Assembly: GCA_951406725.2 (NCBI GenBank)
Contig: OX597835.1
Span: 25,048,001 to 25,112,000 of the forward strand
From: Octopus vulgaris
Taxonomy: Eukaryota
DNA length: 64,000 bases
Reading direction: 5' to 3'
Shown here: piece after piece, positions 28,036 through 40,596 of the stretch
How the letters are laid out: each line of letters starts with the position of its first letter
How positions within the stretch are numbered: the stretch's first letter is position 1
The notes under the pieces: model-generated
The model's input: only the letters and a program-made list of their open reading frames with translations
Databases searched by the model: none
What the model was told of the DNA's origin: nothing
Program-made: the position numbers and the translations under genes

Positions 28036-28252
28036 AGGCGGCGAGCTGGCAGAAACGTTAGCGCGCCGGGCGAAATGCTTAGCGGTATTTCGTCTGCCGT
28101 TACGTTCTGAGTTCAAATTCCGCCGAGGTCGACGTTGCCCTTCATCCTTTCGGGATCGATAAATTAACTACCAGTTGAACACTGGGATCGAGGTAATCGA
28201 CTAGTCCCCTCCCCCAAAATTCCTGGCTTTGTGCCAAACTTTGAAACCAATA
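28036..28252 (+). mobile_element. SINE family B (alternative 3' end tcccccaaaattcc)
   Basis: Consensus head and centre. Confidence 0.85.
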
Positions 28253-28809
28253 TTAAGAATCATGGTAGCTTGGTGGTGGTAAATCCAAGGAGCTAATCAA
28301 AGCTACCCGCCCATGCAGTTTTGTAATTTAAAGGGTGTTATCATAATATAAACATTAACAAGTCCTCCATTTTCTCTCTCCATGACACCAATGAAGACCC
28401 CCCTCCTTCCATTTATATTCAATGGGGGAGCAGGTTTGGTTTCATTTGGTGCCAAAAACCTTCCCTTTGTGACAAGGTCCCATAAATTAGTGAAGGGCTT
28501 TTGACTGATGGTTTACTTACTGAAATTACCCAACACCTCAATGTTTATTTTCCCAGCGCTAGTACCGACCTTAAAGCGGAGTGCGTGTGTGTGTGTGTGT
28601 GTGTGTCAGACACATCTTCGGTGGTTCTGTCATCCGTCACGTCTGTAAACTGATTTATTTTCGCTGTTTTATCTTTCATCTGTTGCTCTTGTGGCAAATA
28701 AAAAAAAAAAAAAACGTTATTTCTTTTTATTTCGTCCTTGTATTGTCCGCAATCTCTTGGGCCCTTATGGCCAATAAAGGATTTATCACCATTATTATTA
28801 TTGGCCATA

Positions 28810-29058
28810 AGGGGACGAACTTAGCAGAATTGTTAGCACATCGGGCAAAATGCTTAACGGCATTTCGTCCGTCTATTTCGGCTGCCGTTACGTTGTGAGT
28901 TCAAATTCCGCCGAGGTCGACTTTGCCTTTCATCCTTTCGGGGTCGATAAATTAAGTACCAGTTAAGCACTGGGGTCGATATAATCGACTTAATCCCTTT
29001 GTCTGTCCATGTTTGTCTCCTCTATGTTTAGCCCCTTGTGGGTAATAAAGAAATAGGC
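28810..29058 (+). mobile_element. SINE family B
   Basis: Consensus centre and tail. Confidence 0.85.
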
Positions 29059-29620
29059 ATTTCGTCCAACGTAAAGTGTACATAATTATCACCAGCCTGG
29101 GTAGTATCCAACGTAAAGCGTACATAATTATCACCAGCCTCACCATCATCATCATCATAACCACAAACGCCATCATAATCACCACCACCATCACGCTCCA
29201 ATAATCCAGGCCTTGAGAAACCGCCGGACATCTAATCGGCACCTTTTAACTAGAACCCCCCCCCCCCCACACACACACACACACACATACAACCTAAGTA
29301 ATGAAGGAGAGAGTGTCACGTGAAGAAGAGTGATAATAGGGGTTAGGCTGAAAGAAAAGAGTGGCAAAGGATGGCTGCGTTGGTGGTGGTGATGGTGTGA
29401 CAGTATACCTACCCCTTTCATCTACACCTGAAACTACAGCTCTGACTCATTCATTTATTGAGTAGGAAGTACAGAAAGAGGGGGAAAAGAACACACTGAA
29501 TCCACCTCTAATGACACCCACCCTGAAATAGAAGAGGGAGAGTCGGAGTAACCATAGATTGTGAGGTAGGTAGAAGTGATTAGGGTAATATTCTGAGTGT
29601 GGTGGCAAGTATGATATAGT

Positions 29621-29886
29621 CAGTGGCAACCTGTGGCCCGCGGGACTTTGAATGGCACGCCTAACGAAAAACTAACCTTGGATTTGTTTAGTAGTGCGTC
29701 CCGTCTGATGATGGGCCGTATCTCATGCGGCTCGCTTGATGATCAGCCTTGTCTCATGCGGCCCGCTTGATTATCAGCTTTGTCTTGTGCGACCCTCTTG
29801 ACGATCCGCTTTGCCTCATGCAATCCGTGTGATGATCAGCCGTGTCTCCTGTGGCCCGTTCCTCAAAATGGACTGTCCGTACCTGG
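29621..29886. mobile_element. hAT-like non-autonomous element with an internal 31-bp tandem repeat (about 5 units)
   Basis: ggcaacctgtggcccgcggg start and repeated tctcatgcggcccgcttgatgatcagc. Related end fragments at about 32227-32275 and 39888-39930. Confidence 0.6.
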
Positions 29887-30034
29887 TGTAGATGTTGTTG
29901 AACCCCAGGTCAGCCTTGGTGAAGCAAATCTATGATGAAAGGCATTCCAATCGCTATGACCATCCTGTCTGTTTCCTGTGTGCAAGGAACCCGGTTTAAC
30001 GCAAGCATGGTTCTATAGATAAGAAACTCGATAA

Positions 30035-30362
30035 GAATTACGTGGTTTCAAGTTCAGTTTCACTACGCGGCGGCACCTTGGACAAGTGTCTTCAACTATA
30101 AGCCCTCGACCGGCCAATCTTCTGAATGAATTTAGTGGACGGAAACTGTGCAGAAGCTCACCCTGCATGTCTTTGTGTCTGTACCACTTCATATCGCTTG
30201 ATAACCGGTGTTGGTTTGTTTGCGTCTCCGTAACATCGATTCGGAAAAAGTTACCCATAGGATAAAGTACCAGACGTTAAAAAAATAATAAGCACTGGGG
30301 TCGATTTGTTCGAGCAGGCACTGCTCTAGCATGGCCGCAGTCCAGTGACTGAAACTAGTAGA
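30035..30362 (+). mobile_element. SINE family A, diverged
   Basis: ggcaccttggacaagtgtcttc...gcatggccgcagtccagtgactgaaac. Confidence 0.75.
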
Positions 30363-30910
30363 ATACGTATGCGCACACGCTCACCGTATGCATTCGTATA
30401 AGTCGCATTATTTTGTACATGATTTAACGCTGAATTAGGAGTGCTACGTGTACACGAGTAAAATTGTGTGTGTGGTAAGAAGCTTGCTTCTCAATCACAA
30501 AAGAGGTTGGGCAAGTAGGCAAGTGTAGTGTAGTATGGCCTCAGGCTGACAAAAGCCTTCTGAGTGAGTTTGGCAGATGGGAACGAAAGAGGCCTGCAGC
30601 GCTATCGTCATGCAAGCGGTGCCTTCATTTACAGTCTTCTGTGAAAACATGCCTTGTCTTGGAGGGAAATATTACCTTACTTAGAAAGAGGTGAAGGTTG
30701 GTGACAGGGAGGGCGCCCGCCTCAACATATTCCGTCCGACCATTGCAAGCGTGGAAAAGTGTGCGCTAAAACGATGATGAGTATATACACGTGTACATGC
30801 ATACAGATGAAAGTCACCTATATTTACATACGTGTGTATGTGTGTATATATGTGTGCGTGTGTATGTCTGTACGTGTATGTTTTTATGTCTGTGTGTATA
30901 TATGTGTGTG

Positions 30911-30949
<39 letters not shown>

Positions 30950-31752
30950 ATGAGAGTCACTTATAGACATGTATGTATGTCTAGACAATATATACACAAA
31001 GATGTTAAGCCCAATGGATCAACCTTCTATATAACTATATATATGTGTGTGTATATATATATATACATGAGTATATATATATATATATATTATTGCTCCC
31101 TCCATTTCGTTTATCCGTTCTCTCCCCCTCCCCATTTTCTTTCCCTCCTCCATAAAATATTATATATTCAGTAATTCAATATTTAATAAACAGTATCAAA
31201 ATTATGGAAATTATAATTTTTTTCCCCATCATTGAAAGAATTCCATGAAGCATTCTGTGAAATACATATTCGTGTATTGGGCGGGTCGGAGGGTGAAGGT
31301 TTGAACTCCCCCACCCTTTTTGTACCTTTTCTTTCCTCTTCTTTCTTCACTTATATATGCATGTGTGTAAATATATAGATATGTATATATGTGTTGTGTG
31401 CACATGCATACATACATACATGCTTGGGCGAACAGAAAATGCCTGTTTCTTGAGGTTGCACTGAAATTGCGAGGCCCAAATTATTGACAAGGGCCTCTTG
31501 AGGTTTATACTCTCAAAAGTATTTATTATTTGAGAACCAGAATGACACATTATACATCAATATATTCGTTATATTTAATGTCTGTGCACACATCACACAG
31601 ACGATGGAGAGGAGTCGTCGCCAAACCAGCCAGCCAGCACTGGAGCGAGAGACATCAAAACACTGGAGCTAATTTGTGGCGGTTTTCGGTAGAAATTGTC
31701 CCACGAATCATATACATTTCGGCTTCTTTGAAAGAGGACACGGTACTTCTTT

Positions 31753-32159
31753 TGATTTTTTCGGTTTGAACGGCAGTTTTTAACATTTCTAGGTAACTAA
31801 AAAATTTTAAACTTCGTATACTGGTAGAATATGTTTATAAAACATCTTTTTCTCTTGGCTTTATTGAGAAAATTCTATAGTTTATAAGATATTTGTTGTT
31901 TTTTTTCTTCAATTTCTGCAATTTCAACCAATCAATGACGTCCATTGAGGTAAAAGCATTCTGTGCCATATGAATATGTCCCTCGTTTAAGAAACAGATT
32001 TGGTTTATTTACATTTCTGAAGAAAAAAAGATACCCCTCCTCCCACCCCTAACCCTAAAACAGATTGATATGCAATAGATCGATTCTAGGGTCATAATTA
32101 TGGGTGACAATTTCATATGACACCGCTAGAAAAAACTACCGTTCAAACCGAAAAGATCC
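31753..32159. mobile_element. MITE with about 28-bp TIRs and a 7-bp target duplication
   Basis: gattttttcggtttgaacggcagttttt ... aaaaactaccgttcaaaccgaaaagatcc, flanked by cttcttt at 31746-31752 and 32160-32166. Confidence 0.88.
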
Positions 32160-32655
32160 CTTCTTTGACTGTGCCTACGAATAAAAGACAGACTGGTGGA
32201 ATGGTCATAATTGGATTGCTTTAGATTAGGCATGGACAACCTTTTTCGAGAAGCGGGCCCGCATGAGACATACGTTCAGTAAGATGATGGGGGATGGCTC
32301 TAAATGTAATTGATACAAACAACAGTTTGCTGTTTCACTAAAAAGGAGAAATTCCAAATAAACTAGGCTGTTAGGGAACGCCTACATTGCTAGAAATAAG
32401 AGCTAAACCGCTCCAATGCTGTAGTTAACGCACTTGAATGAAAGCTTGTTTGTATTTGTCCCCTATTACTGCTTGAAAACTGGTGTCAATTTATTTACGT
32501 CCCTACCGTACAGTAGGTTAGACTTTAAAAATTATATATGTACTAGGGGTCGATTTGTTCGACTAAACCCTTGAAGGCGGTGTCCTCAGCATAGTTGCAG
32601 TCCAGTAACTAAAACAATTCAAAGAGAAAAGGGGGAAAATATAAGAGCAATCTTA

Positions 32656-32723
<68 letters not shown>

Positions 32724-33541
32724 CTATCTCTCCCACACACACATTTGTCTCGGTGTCAGATCAAGGTTCTAAGAAGTACATCTGTCTTTCGACTTAACTA
32801 CTCTCCTACAGTAAAATAGCCTGTTTGTCTGTCTGCCGTCTCCGTTCACCGACCGAGTCACAGATGGCTGTGCAATCAATTTGCTCCGCTCTTTTGAATC
32901 AGCTTTGCAGGAACCGTTCTGCTGAAAGTATTTTTCTCGGGGAGAAAAGAATGTAGCAATTTACAAAGGACATCACATGGAACCAAAAACAAATGAGGAG
33001 CGGCACTGTTTCGGGTTAAGGGACAAAAAACTGTCATCGTACTTAACTGCTGACGTTAGCAGCAGCAGCAGCAGTATGGTTGAGACATGAGACGTAGCTG
33101 AATGTAACGTGAAGGACCATTAGTGTGTAAAGTAATTTGCTAACGTGGTTAATGTTGCGAGGCCTGTAACTTTGGTTAATCGAAACTATATAATAATATG
33201 TGTGTGTGTGTGTATATGTAGAAGGGATCAAAGCTGTTGAACTAAGTTTTTGCAAGCCTATATCAAGAGAGGCAGCTCAAAAAAAGATCGAATTGGGTTG
33301 ACGCACTATTACTGCAATTAATAGATTCCATAAATGATCATGGAACTTTAATGGTGTTATTATGTAGGCGAGGCTGTGGGGCAAGAAGTTTGCTTCTCAA
33401 CTACATGGTTGTGGGTTCACTTCCGCTGCGTGGCACCTGGACAGGTGTCTTCTATACCCTTCGGCTGACCAAACCTTTGTGAATGGACTTGGGTGGGGGA
33501 GATGAACACCTGTTTGTATTGGGTGTTTGAAGTGGCGTACA

Positions 33542-33762
33542 GGGCGAGCTGGCAGAAACGTTAGCACGCCGGGCGAAATGCGTAGCCGTATTTCGTCTGC
33601 CGTTACGTTGTGAGTTCAAATTCCGCTGAGGTCGACTTTGCCTTTCATCCTTTCGGGGTCGATAAATAAAGTACCCATTTTGCACTGGAGTAGATGTAAT
33701 CGACTTAATCCCTTTGTTTGTCCCCTCTATGTTTAGCCCCTTGTGGGCAATAAAGAAATAGA
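33542..33762 (+). mobile_element. SINE family B
   Basis: Consensus head to tail. Confidence 0.88.
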
Positions 33763-33985
33763 TATTTAGAAAAAAGAGGCTGTCAGAATTTTGGATAATT
33801 CTTTATTAGCTCTTTCGTTCGTTTGACCGAATTCTTCGGGGAAAATTGAACTAAAATAATGGCGGTACCCCCAGCATAGTTGCAGATTACTTTGGTTCAG
33901 TTTTTCTTGAAGAATTCGGTTAAACGAACGAAAGCGCTAATAAAGAATTATCCAAAATTCTGACTGCTTCCTTTTTCTTAATATA
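33762..33985. repeat. Foldback inverted repeat (about 95-bp arms, 25-nt loop)
   Basis: 33762-33860 is the reverse complement of 33886-33985 with scattered mismatches (e.g. gtcagaattttggataattctttattagc / gctaataaagaattatccaaaattctgac). Confidence 0.9.
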
Positions 33986-33989
33986 TATA

Positions 33990-34270
33990 TATGGCTGTGA
34001 GGGTAAGTAGCTTGCTTACCAACCAAATGGCTCCGGGTTCAGTCCCACTACATGGCACCTTGGGCAAGTGTCTTCTACTATAGCCTCGGGTCGACCAAAG
34101 CCTCGTATATATATGTTTGTGTGTCTGTGTTTGTCCTCCTCGCCATCACTTGACAACCGATGCTGGTGTGTTTATGTCCCCGTAACTTAGCGGTTCGACA
34201 AAAGAGACGGATAGAATAAGTACTAGGCTTAAAAAGAATAAGTCCTGGAGACATTTATACTGAAACAAGT
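33990..34270 (+). mobile_element. SINE family A, internally deleted
   Basis: atggctgtgagggtaagtagcttgc...gaataagtcctgg. Confidence 0.85.
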
Positions 34271-34499
34271 AAGCGAACATATGATGTTACACATAATAGA
34301 TTGTCATCTCCTTCCATAGTTTATCAGTTCATGCGCCGTACAGTAAGTTTGTGTGTTAATAGATTATATCATGTAATTTCTTTCCGCAGTTGCTCAGCCA
34401 AACGTCTTGCAATATGCCTTCTACGTGTGTGTGTATGTATGTATATAATAACTTGTAATCTTCGATCTTGTTCCATAGTTTAAGATATCTGTTTAAAGC

Positions 34500-34547
<48 letters not shown>

Positions 34548-36753
34548 GCTCGCGCGCCTGGGTTAGTTTTTTTTTTTATATATAATTATTTTTAGCAGAC
34601 ACCAGCCGTGACAGCTCTGAACTTGTGTGTGTGTAAGAGAGAGAGACTATTTCACGCTAATTTGTTTCCGCAATATATAATAAACGAATATATCTTTAAA
34701 CGCTTGTGTCACAGAGCCTTTTCCTTAGACGTTTTCTGGGGGGTTTTTTTTCTCTTTTTTCCTTTTTTTTTTTTGTTTTTGGTGATAGTCGTAGCAAATT
34801 ATCATCATCATCATCATCATCATCACCATTCAGCTTAGTACTGACTGTTCCGACCGAACTATGATCAAAAAGCATTCTAACCGCAACCATCCCGTCTTTC
34901 ATACATAGTTTTTAAAACAGATATATCTTAAGTTACGTTATTCAATGTCTCTCTCAATCAAGTGAGATTTCGCTGTTATTTCTAGTTGGTTGAGCAACCG
35001 CATAGAATGCCTTTCTTTCGTAGTTTTGCTTCTTCCTTGCAAAGACTTGTGAGATGGAATGGGTTCGGTCGTTCTTCATTCCGCCGCGATGTGTGAGGGA
35101 GTAAGGAACAGTACATACTTATTACTCAACATTCCACTATGTAATTTAGAGGCTAGGTTAGTAGAATTAAAGTGGTCCCCCTCATTTTTTAAGGGTTTAA
35201 CCACAACGACTGTCTTTATGTATATAGGAGAGGTCAGCGACTCCTGACAATTATTCGGAAGTCAAAAACTGTGCCTCTGGAATCCAATCTGAAGGAATAC
35301 AATCCCTCGTAGAAAATGGTTAGATTAGAATATGTGTTTATTTGATTTTTACGAGAAAGTCTTCGATAGATTAATAACTGGATGTTTTTTGCTTGGCTCA
35401 AACGTTTCAATTCCTTTAATTTTGTTCCAAGTGATTTCAAATTTGGTGTATTGGTGTATTTTTGTACGCTAATTATGAAAAAAAATTTTTTGTTTTGTTT
35501 TTTTTTGTTGTTTTTTTCTCATTGATAAACTTTCGAGGTGGTACCCCAACATGACCACAGTCTAATAACTGAAACAAGTAAAGCATAAGAAATAAAAAGT
35601 TAATAGGTTTTAAAGTTTGCAAATTTTGGTTAAGCTTAGCCAATCGAAAGCCACAGACGTGCTAGTACCTGTTTCCATAGTAACAAGCCAAGCTGTAGTC
35701 TGTTTAGCCACTCGGAAGACACAGGCATATGTGAGCCGAATAGAAAAGATCCTAATATCCTAAGTCTTCAAGAATCGCCGTCATCGTTGATTTTGACGTC
35801 CACGTTTCCAGGCTGGTTTGGGTCAGTGAGGCAGATTTTCCGAAGGTGCCACACAGTGGGACTGAACCTGGAACCATGTGGTTGGAAAGCAAGCTTCTTA
35901 TAACACAGCCACTCTTGCACCTCATGTATATGAGAAATTACGATAAACGCATATTTGTTCCTATGTACGTCTCAAAATTGTAGTTATTTGGGAATCTAAT
36001 ACTTAACCACAATGAACCAGCAGGGAGCACTTTAGTTCTCTGTAACTTAATAATGACCAGAGTTAAATGGCAAGACATTTAGCACCAGGTCAGCCTTAGT
36101 CCAGAGTATTCATGACTACAGACGTTCTAGTTGTGACGGTTTCATTTTCAAGTATAGTTTACCTAAGGGCCTTTCGTTTTCTTAAAGATGTTTGAATGGG
36201 GTTAGAAGGGAAATTCGGTTGTTATTTCAAGCAACCACATAAACCACTTTGAAAGCCCTTATCTCTTATTAACTTGTATGTGCCCTTCATGTATCACCTA
36301 TATATTTGTGTGCGACTTGGGGTTTAGTTTTTTTCACCCCACCGCACCCTATGTGTTATATATGTATTCGTCCCATATTTCATCCACCACCTTAATCCAC
36401 TCCTAACGCACAATCTAATGTTTTCATAAGATTACTATTTAAAATGTTTTGCTGGGGGTGTTTGACTGGGAGGTGTTAATAACAACAAACTAGAGACCTT
36501 AACTCCCCGTCCCTGCAGGGTGGTTGGTTCCTTATCTGGAAACATTATCCGCCTTCACTTCGGTTCCTTATCACGTCTATGTACCCTGTGTAAGTAAGCT
36601 ACCCAAGATAGGGTGGATATGGAGGTAGCGAGGTAGGTCGTTATAACAACATCTGAATGATCTTAACAGTCAAACTGTAACTTTAAACGTCCTGATAAAT
36701 TGAGAAATATTTAATAACCTGCACTGCTGCTTCCTACATGTGGCTGTGTGTAT

Positions 36754-37624
36754 ACTTGTATGAGTGTATAAAGGCTTGCATCACTGCCCTGCATGTGTGT
36801 ATATACATGTATAGGTGTATGTATGTGTGTGTAAAGATTTGCACCATCCTACTTATATGAGTGTATAAAGGCTCGCAGCACTCCCCTGCATGTGTGTATA
36901 TACATGTATAGGTGCATGTATGTGTGTGTAAAGATTTGCACCATCCTACTTATATGACTGTATAAAGGCTCGCATCACTCCTCTGCATGTGTGTATATAC
37001 ATGTATAGGTGTATGTATGTGTGTGTAAAGATTTGCACCATCCTACTTATATGAGTGTATAAAGGCTCGCAGCACTCCCCTGCATGTGTGTATATACATG
37101 TATAGGTGCATGTATGTGTGTGTAAAGATTTGCACCATCCTACTTATATGAGTGTATAAAGGCTCGCATCACTCCTCTGCATGTGTGTGTATACATGTAT
37201 AGGTGCATGTATGTGTGTGTAAAGATTTGCACCATCCTACTTATATGAGTGTATAAAGGCTTGCATCACTGCCCTGCATGTGTGTGTATACATGTATAGG
37301 TGCATGTATGTGTGTGTAAAGATTTGCACCATCCTACTTGTATGAGTATATAAAGGCTCGCATCACTCCTCTGCATGTGTGTATATACATGTATAGGTGC
37401 ATGTATGTGTGTGTAAAGATTTGCACCATCCTACTTATATGAGTATATAAAGGCTCGCATCACTCCTCTGCATGTGTGTATATACATGTATAGGTGCATG
37501 TATGTGTGTGTAAAGATTTGCACCATCCTACTTATATGAGTGTATAAAGGCTCGCAGCACTCCCCTGCATGTGTATATACATGTATAGGTGTATGTATGC
37601 GTGTGTAAAGATTTGCACCATCCT
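36754..37624. repeat. Minisatellite, 9 units of exactly 97 bp
   Basis: The ggct landmark of tataaaggct recurs at 36773, 36870, 36967, 37064, 37161, 37258, 37355, 37452 and 37549. Confidence 0.97.
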
Positions 37625-38159
37625 GCATAAGTCTGTGTACATGTGTATGTGTCTGTAAAGACTTGCACCATTTCCTCCTGCATGTGTGTGTGTGTGCATG
37701 TACACATGTATATGTGTCTATGCATAAATGTGTAGATGTATGTGTGTATATATAAAAGTATGCATCTCTCTCCTACATGTGTCTGTGTGGATGAAAGGCT
37801 TTCACCATTGTTTGCTACATGTTTGTATGTATGCATGTAGGTGTAAAGCCATGCGCCGGTGTCACTTTGGCGTGCGGTCTACCTGGCCATTTATAACCCT
37901 AAACGGTAACCCTAACCCAAATCAGGTCATTGAGTCAAAACAGCTTCTGGAAAGAATATATGAAAATTGATTTCAGATTTAGGCACAAGGCCAGCAATTT
38001 CAGGGAAAGGGTCAAGTCGATTACATCGACACCAGTGCTTAACTGGTACTTATTTAGTAATAGCACGCGCACTCGGAAATTCCGGATTGGTGTCTGGCAT
38101 GCTGGCAGACCACTGAAAGTAAGGCACCCCTCAGCTTTTGCTGCAGGATGTCTCTAAGG

Positions 38160-38378
38160 CAGTGCTTTTCAAAGTTTTTGCTGGAGCGGAACCCCAAGGA
38201 AGCATTCCACTGGCTCGAGGAACCCCTGTGCAATAATTTAATAGTCTTGTGCACACATATCTGCACATGAGAATTAAAAATTAATGCCGATTTTAGTAGT
38301 TTTGTAACTTCTTGCGGAACCCCTGGACTGTACTGGCGGAACCCTAAGGTTCCGTGGAACCCTGGTTGACAACCATTG
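38160..38378. mobile_element. hAT (Charlie-like) MITE
   Basis: CAGTGcttttcaa ... ttgacaacCATTG termini, perfect 8-bp TSD ctctaagg on both sides, internal ggaaccc subterminal repeats. Confidence 0.9.
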
Positions 38379-38675
38379 CTCTAAGGTATAAAACTGGATA
38401 TGCAAGGAATGGGATTAGAATTTTGCGGTTCTTTTGCTTGCTCTTGAAACCATGGCGACCCCCACATTTCTGAGCGTGCGATCCATTGTAGTTCTAGATA
38501 TCTCGCTTGGCCTGTCTCCAGATCATCTCAGTAGGGTGGAGGAAGGTGTCTGAGGTGTCGTGGAGGCCTTATTGGACCTAGAACTTTGCCTCAAGTATTG
38601 CTGTGGTCGGCGATGGTCTTCCTCGGTCACGCGTGGACTGTTATAATGAGTATGATACATACATATGCATGATGG

Positions 38676-39040
38676 TATTCTTTTAGTCGTTTCAGTCATG
38701 TGACTGCGGCCATGCTGGACCACCTCCTTTAGTCGAACAAACTGACCCCAGGGCTTATTCTTTGTAAGCCTAGTACTTATTCTATTTGTCTCTTTTGCCA
38801 AACCGCTAAGTTACGGGGACGTAAACAGCATCGGTTATCAAGCGATTTTGGGAGGACAAACATAGACATATATATATATATATATATTCGACGGGGTTCT
38901 TTCAGTTTCCGTCTACCAAATCCACTCACAAGGCTTTGGCTGGCCCGAGGCTATAGTAGAAGACACTTGCCCAAGGTGCCACACAGTGGGACTGAACCCA
39001 GAACCATGTGGTTGGGAAGCAAGCTTCTTACCACACACCA
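38676..39040 (-). mobile_element. SINE family A
   Basis: Near-consensus tail-to-head match. Confidence 0.88.
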
Positions 39041-39389
39041 TGTAATAATTAAATTATATATTATGCACTTTGTATAATCATTTCGTACCTGGTCACAGAA
39101 AAAATTTTAGAATTTTATTTCTATTTTTATGACTATCACTGTCTACGGGGCGATGACCCGGTCCGTGGTGCAAAGAAAACAAGGTTGGGGACAGTTCTCA
39201 TAGAACACTATCAGATCTGTTGGTTTGCACCGTGTTGCCCTTTTATTTCATTTCATTTATTTTTTATGAGTTTAGATTACATTCTTGTTCTGACCAATCC
39301 TTCATATGGATAACATTGCAAATGGTTATGGCAGCATAAATACACCAACATCGGTTTGTTGAGCGATGGTGGGGTGGAGTGGAGGGCAA

Positions 39390-39437
<48 letters not shown>

Positions 39438-39665
39438 TGCAAGCTGGCAGAAACGTTAGCAAGCCGGGCGAAATGCTTTGTGTTATTTCGTCCGCTGCTG
39501 CGTTCTGAGTTCAAATTCCGCCGAGGTCGACTTTGCCTTTCATCCTTTCTGGGTCGATAAATTAAGTACCAGTTACGCACTGGGGGTCGATGTAATCGAC
39601 TTAATCTGTTTGTCCTTGTTTGTCCCCTCTATGTTCAGCCCCTTGTGGGCAATAAAAAAGAAATA
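39438..39665 (+). mobile_element. SINE family B inserted in the (TA)n of a minus-strand family A SINE
   Basis: Family A halves lie at about 39335-39390 and 39675-39835 on either side. Confidence 0.85.
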
Positions 39666-39989
39666 TATATATATTCGACGGGGTTCTTTCAGTTTCCGTC
39701 CACAAAATCCACTTACAAGGCTTTGGTTGGCTCGAGGCTATAGTAGAAGACACCTGCCCGTGGTGCCACGCAGTGAGACTGAACCCGGAACTATGAGGTT
39801 GAGAAGCAAACTTCTTGTCACACAACCACACCTACACTTACATATACTTTTTTCTTCTTCTTAGCATGAAGCCTGCCCGATGGCGAACCATGTCTCATGT
39901 GGCCCGCTTCTCGAAAAAGGTTGCCCATGTATTCTTTATTTAGTCTTTTTGAATGTAAACGGCTCTGACTATCATATCAGCCAAAGTCT

Positions 39990-40205
39990 GCTGAACTATT
40001 TTGTCACTGGTTTCACAGGCGCCATCACCAACGTTCGCAACATTCTCTTCTATTCCGAGATACTTGTAGCATTCGTCATTGGAGACAGGGGAGACGTAGA
40101 CACAGGCCGTTGATATTCCATAGTCTTTGTCTGGTCAACAAGCTTTCCTCGACTGAATGAAAACCAAACATGAGCATTGATCCTCACCAAACAGCATTCC
40201 ATGTA
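39990..40205 (-). pseudogene. Decayed reverse-transcriptase fragment of an R4/Dong-type LINE
   Basis: Minus strand gives GMLFGEDQCS...RGKLV...ECYKYLGIEEN with frameshifts or stops, matching the GMxFGxxKC and YKYLG motifs of non-LTR RTs. Confidence 0.7.
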
Positions 40206-40273
40206 CCATATACATTATTCTGAGAGAGAGAGATAGAGAGATTCAGTGCCTAATACGTATATATATCTCCGCC

Positions 40274-40308
<35 letters not shown>

Positions 40309-40377
40309 GTGTTTGTGTCTAATGACTTCAAGAATAACTACATATAGATACGTTACTCTACATGTTTGCACATGGTT

Positions 40378-40416
<39 letters not shown>

Positions 40417-40562
40417 TCGACTATTCATCATGTACTTCTTTTTTTCATCTCTACATGAGTGTATGTGTGTGTATAAATGTCACACCATTCAACAACTGGC
40501 GTTTTAATAGAAAGACGACACCGAAATAGTTCGTGTTTTTATTTCTCTGTAGATTATATATA

Positions 40563-40596
<34 letters not shown>

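Noticed and set aside
29065-29140. 34-bp direct duplication with a 42-bp period
   Set aside because: A simple local tandem duplication at a SINE edge with no further structure.
36754-37624. Regularly spaced repeat that could be mistaken for a CRISPR array
   Set aside because: The units are near-identical throughout with no unique spacers, there are no cas genes, and the context is eukaryotic.
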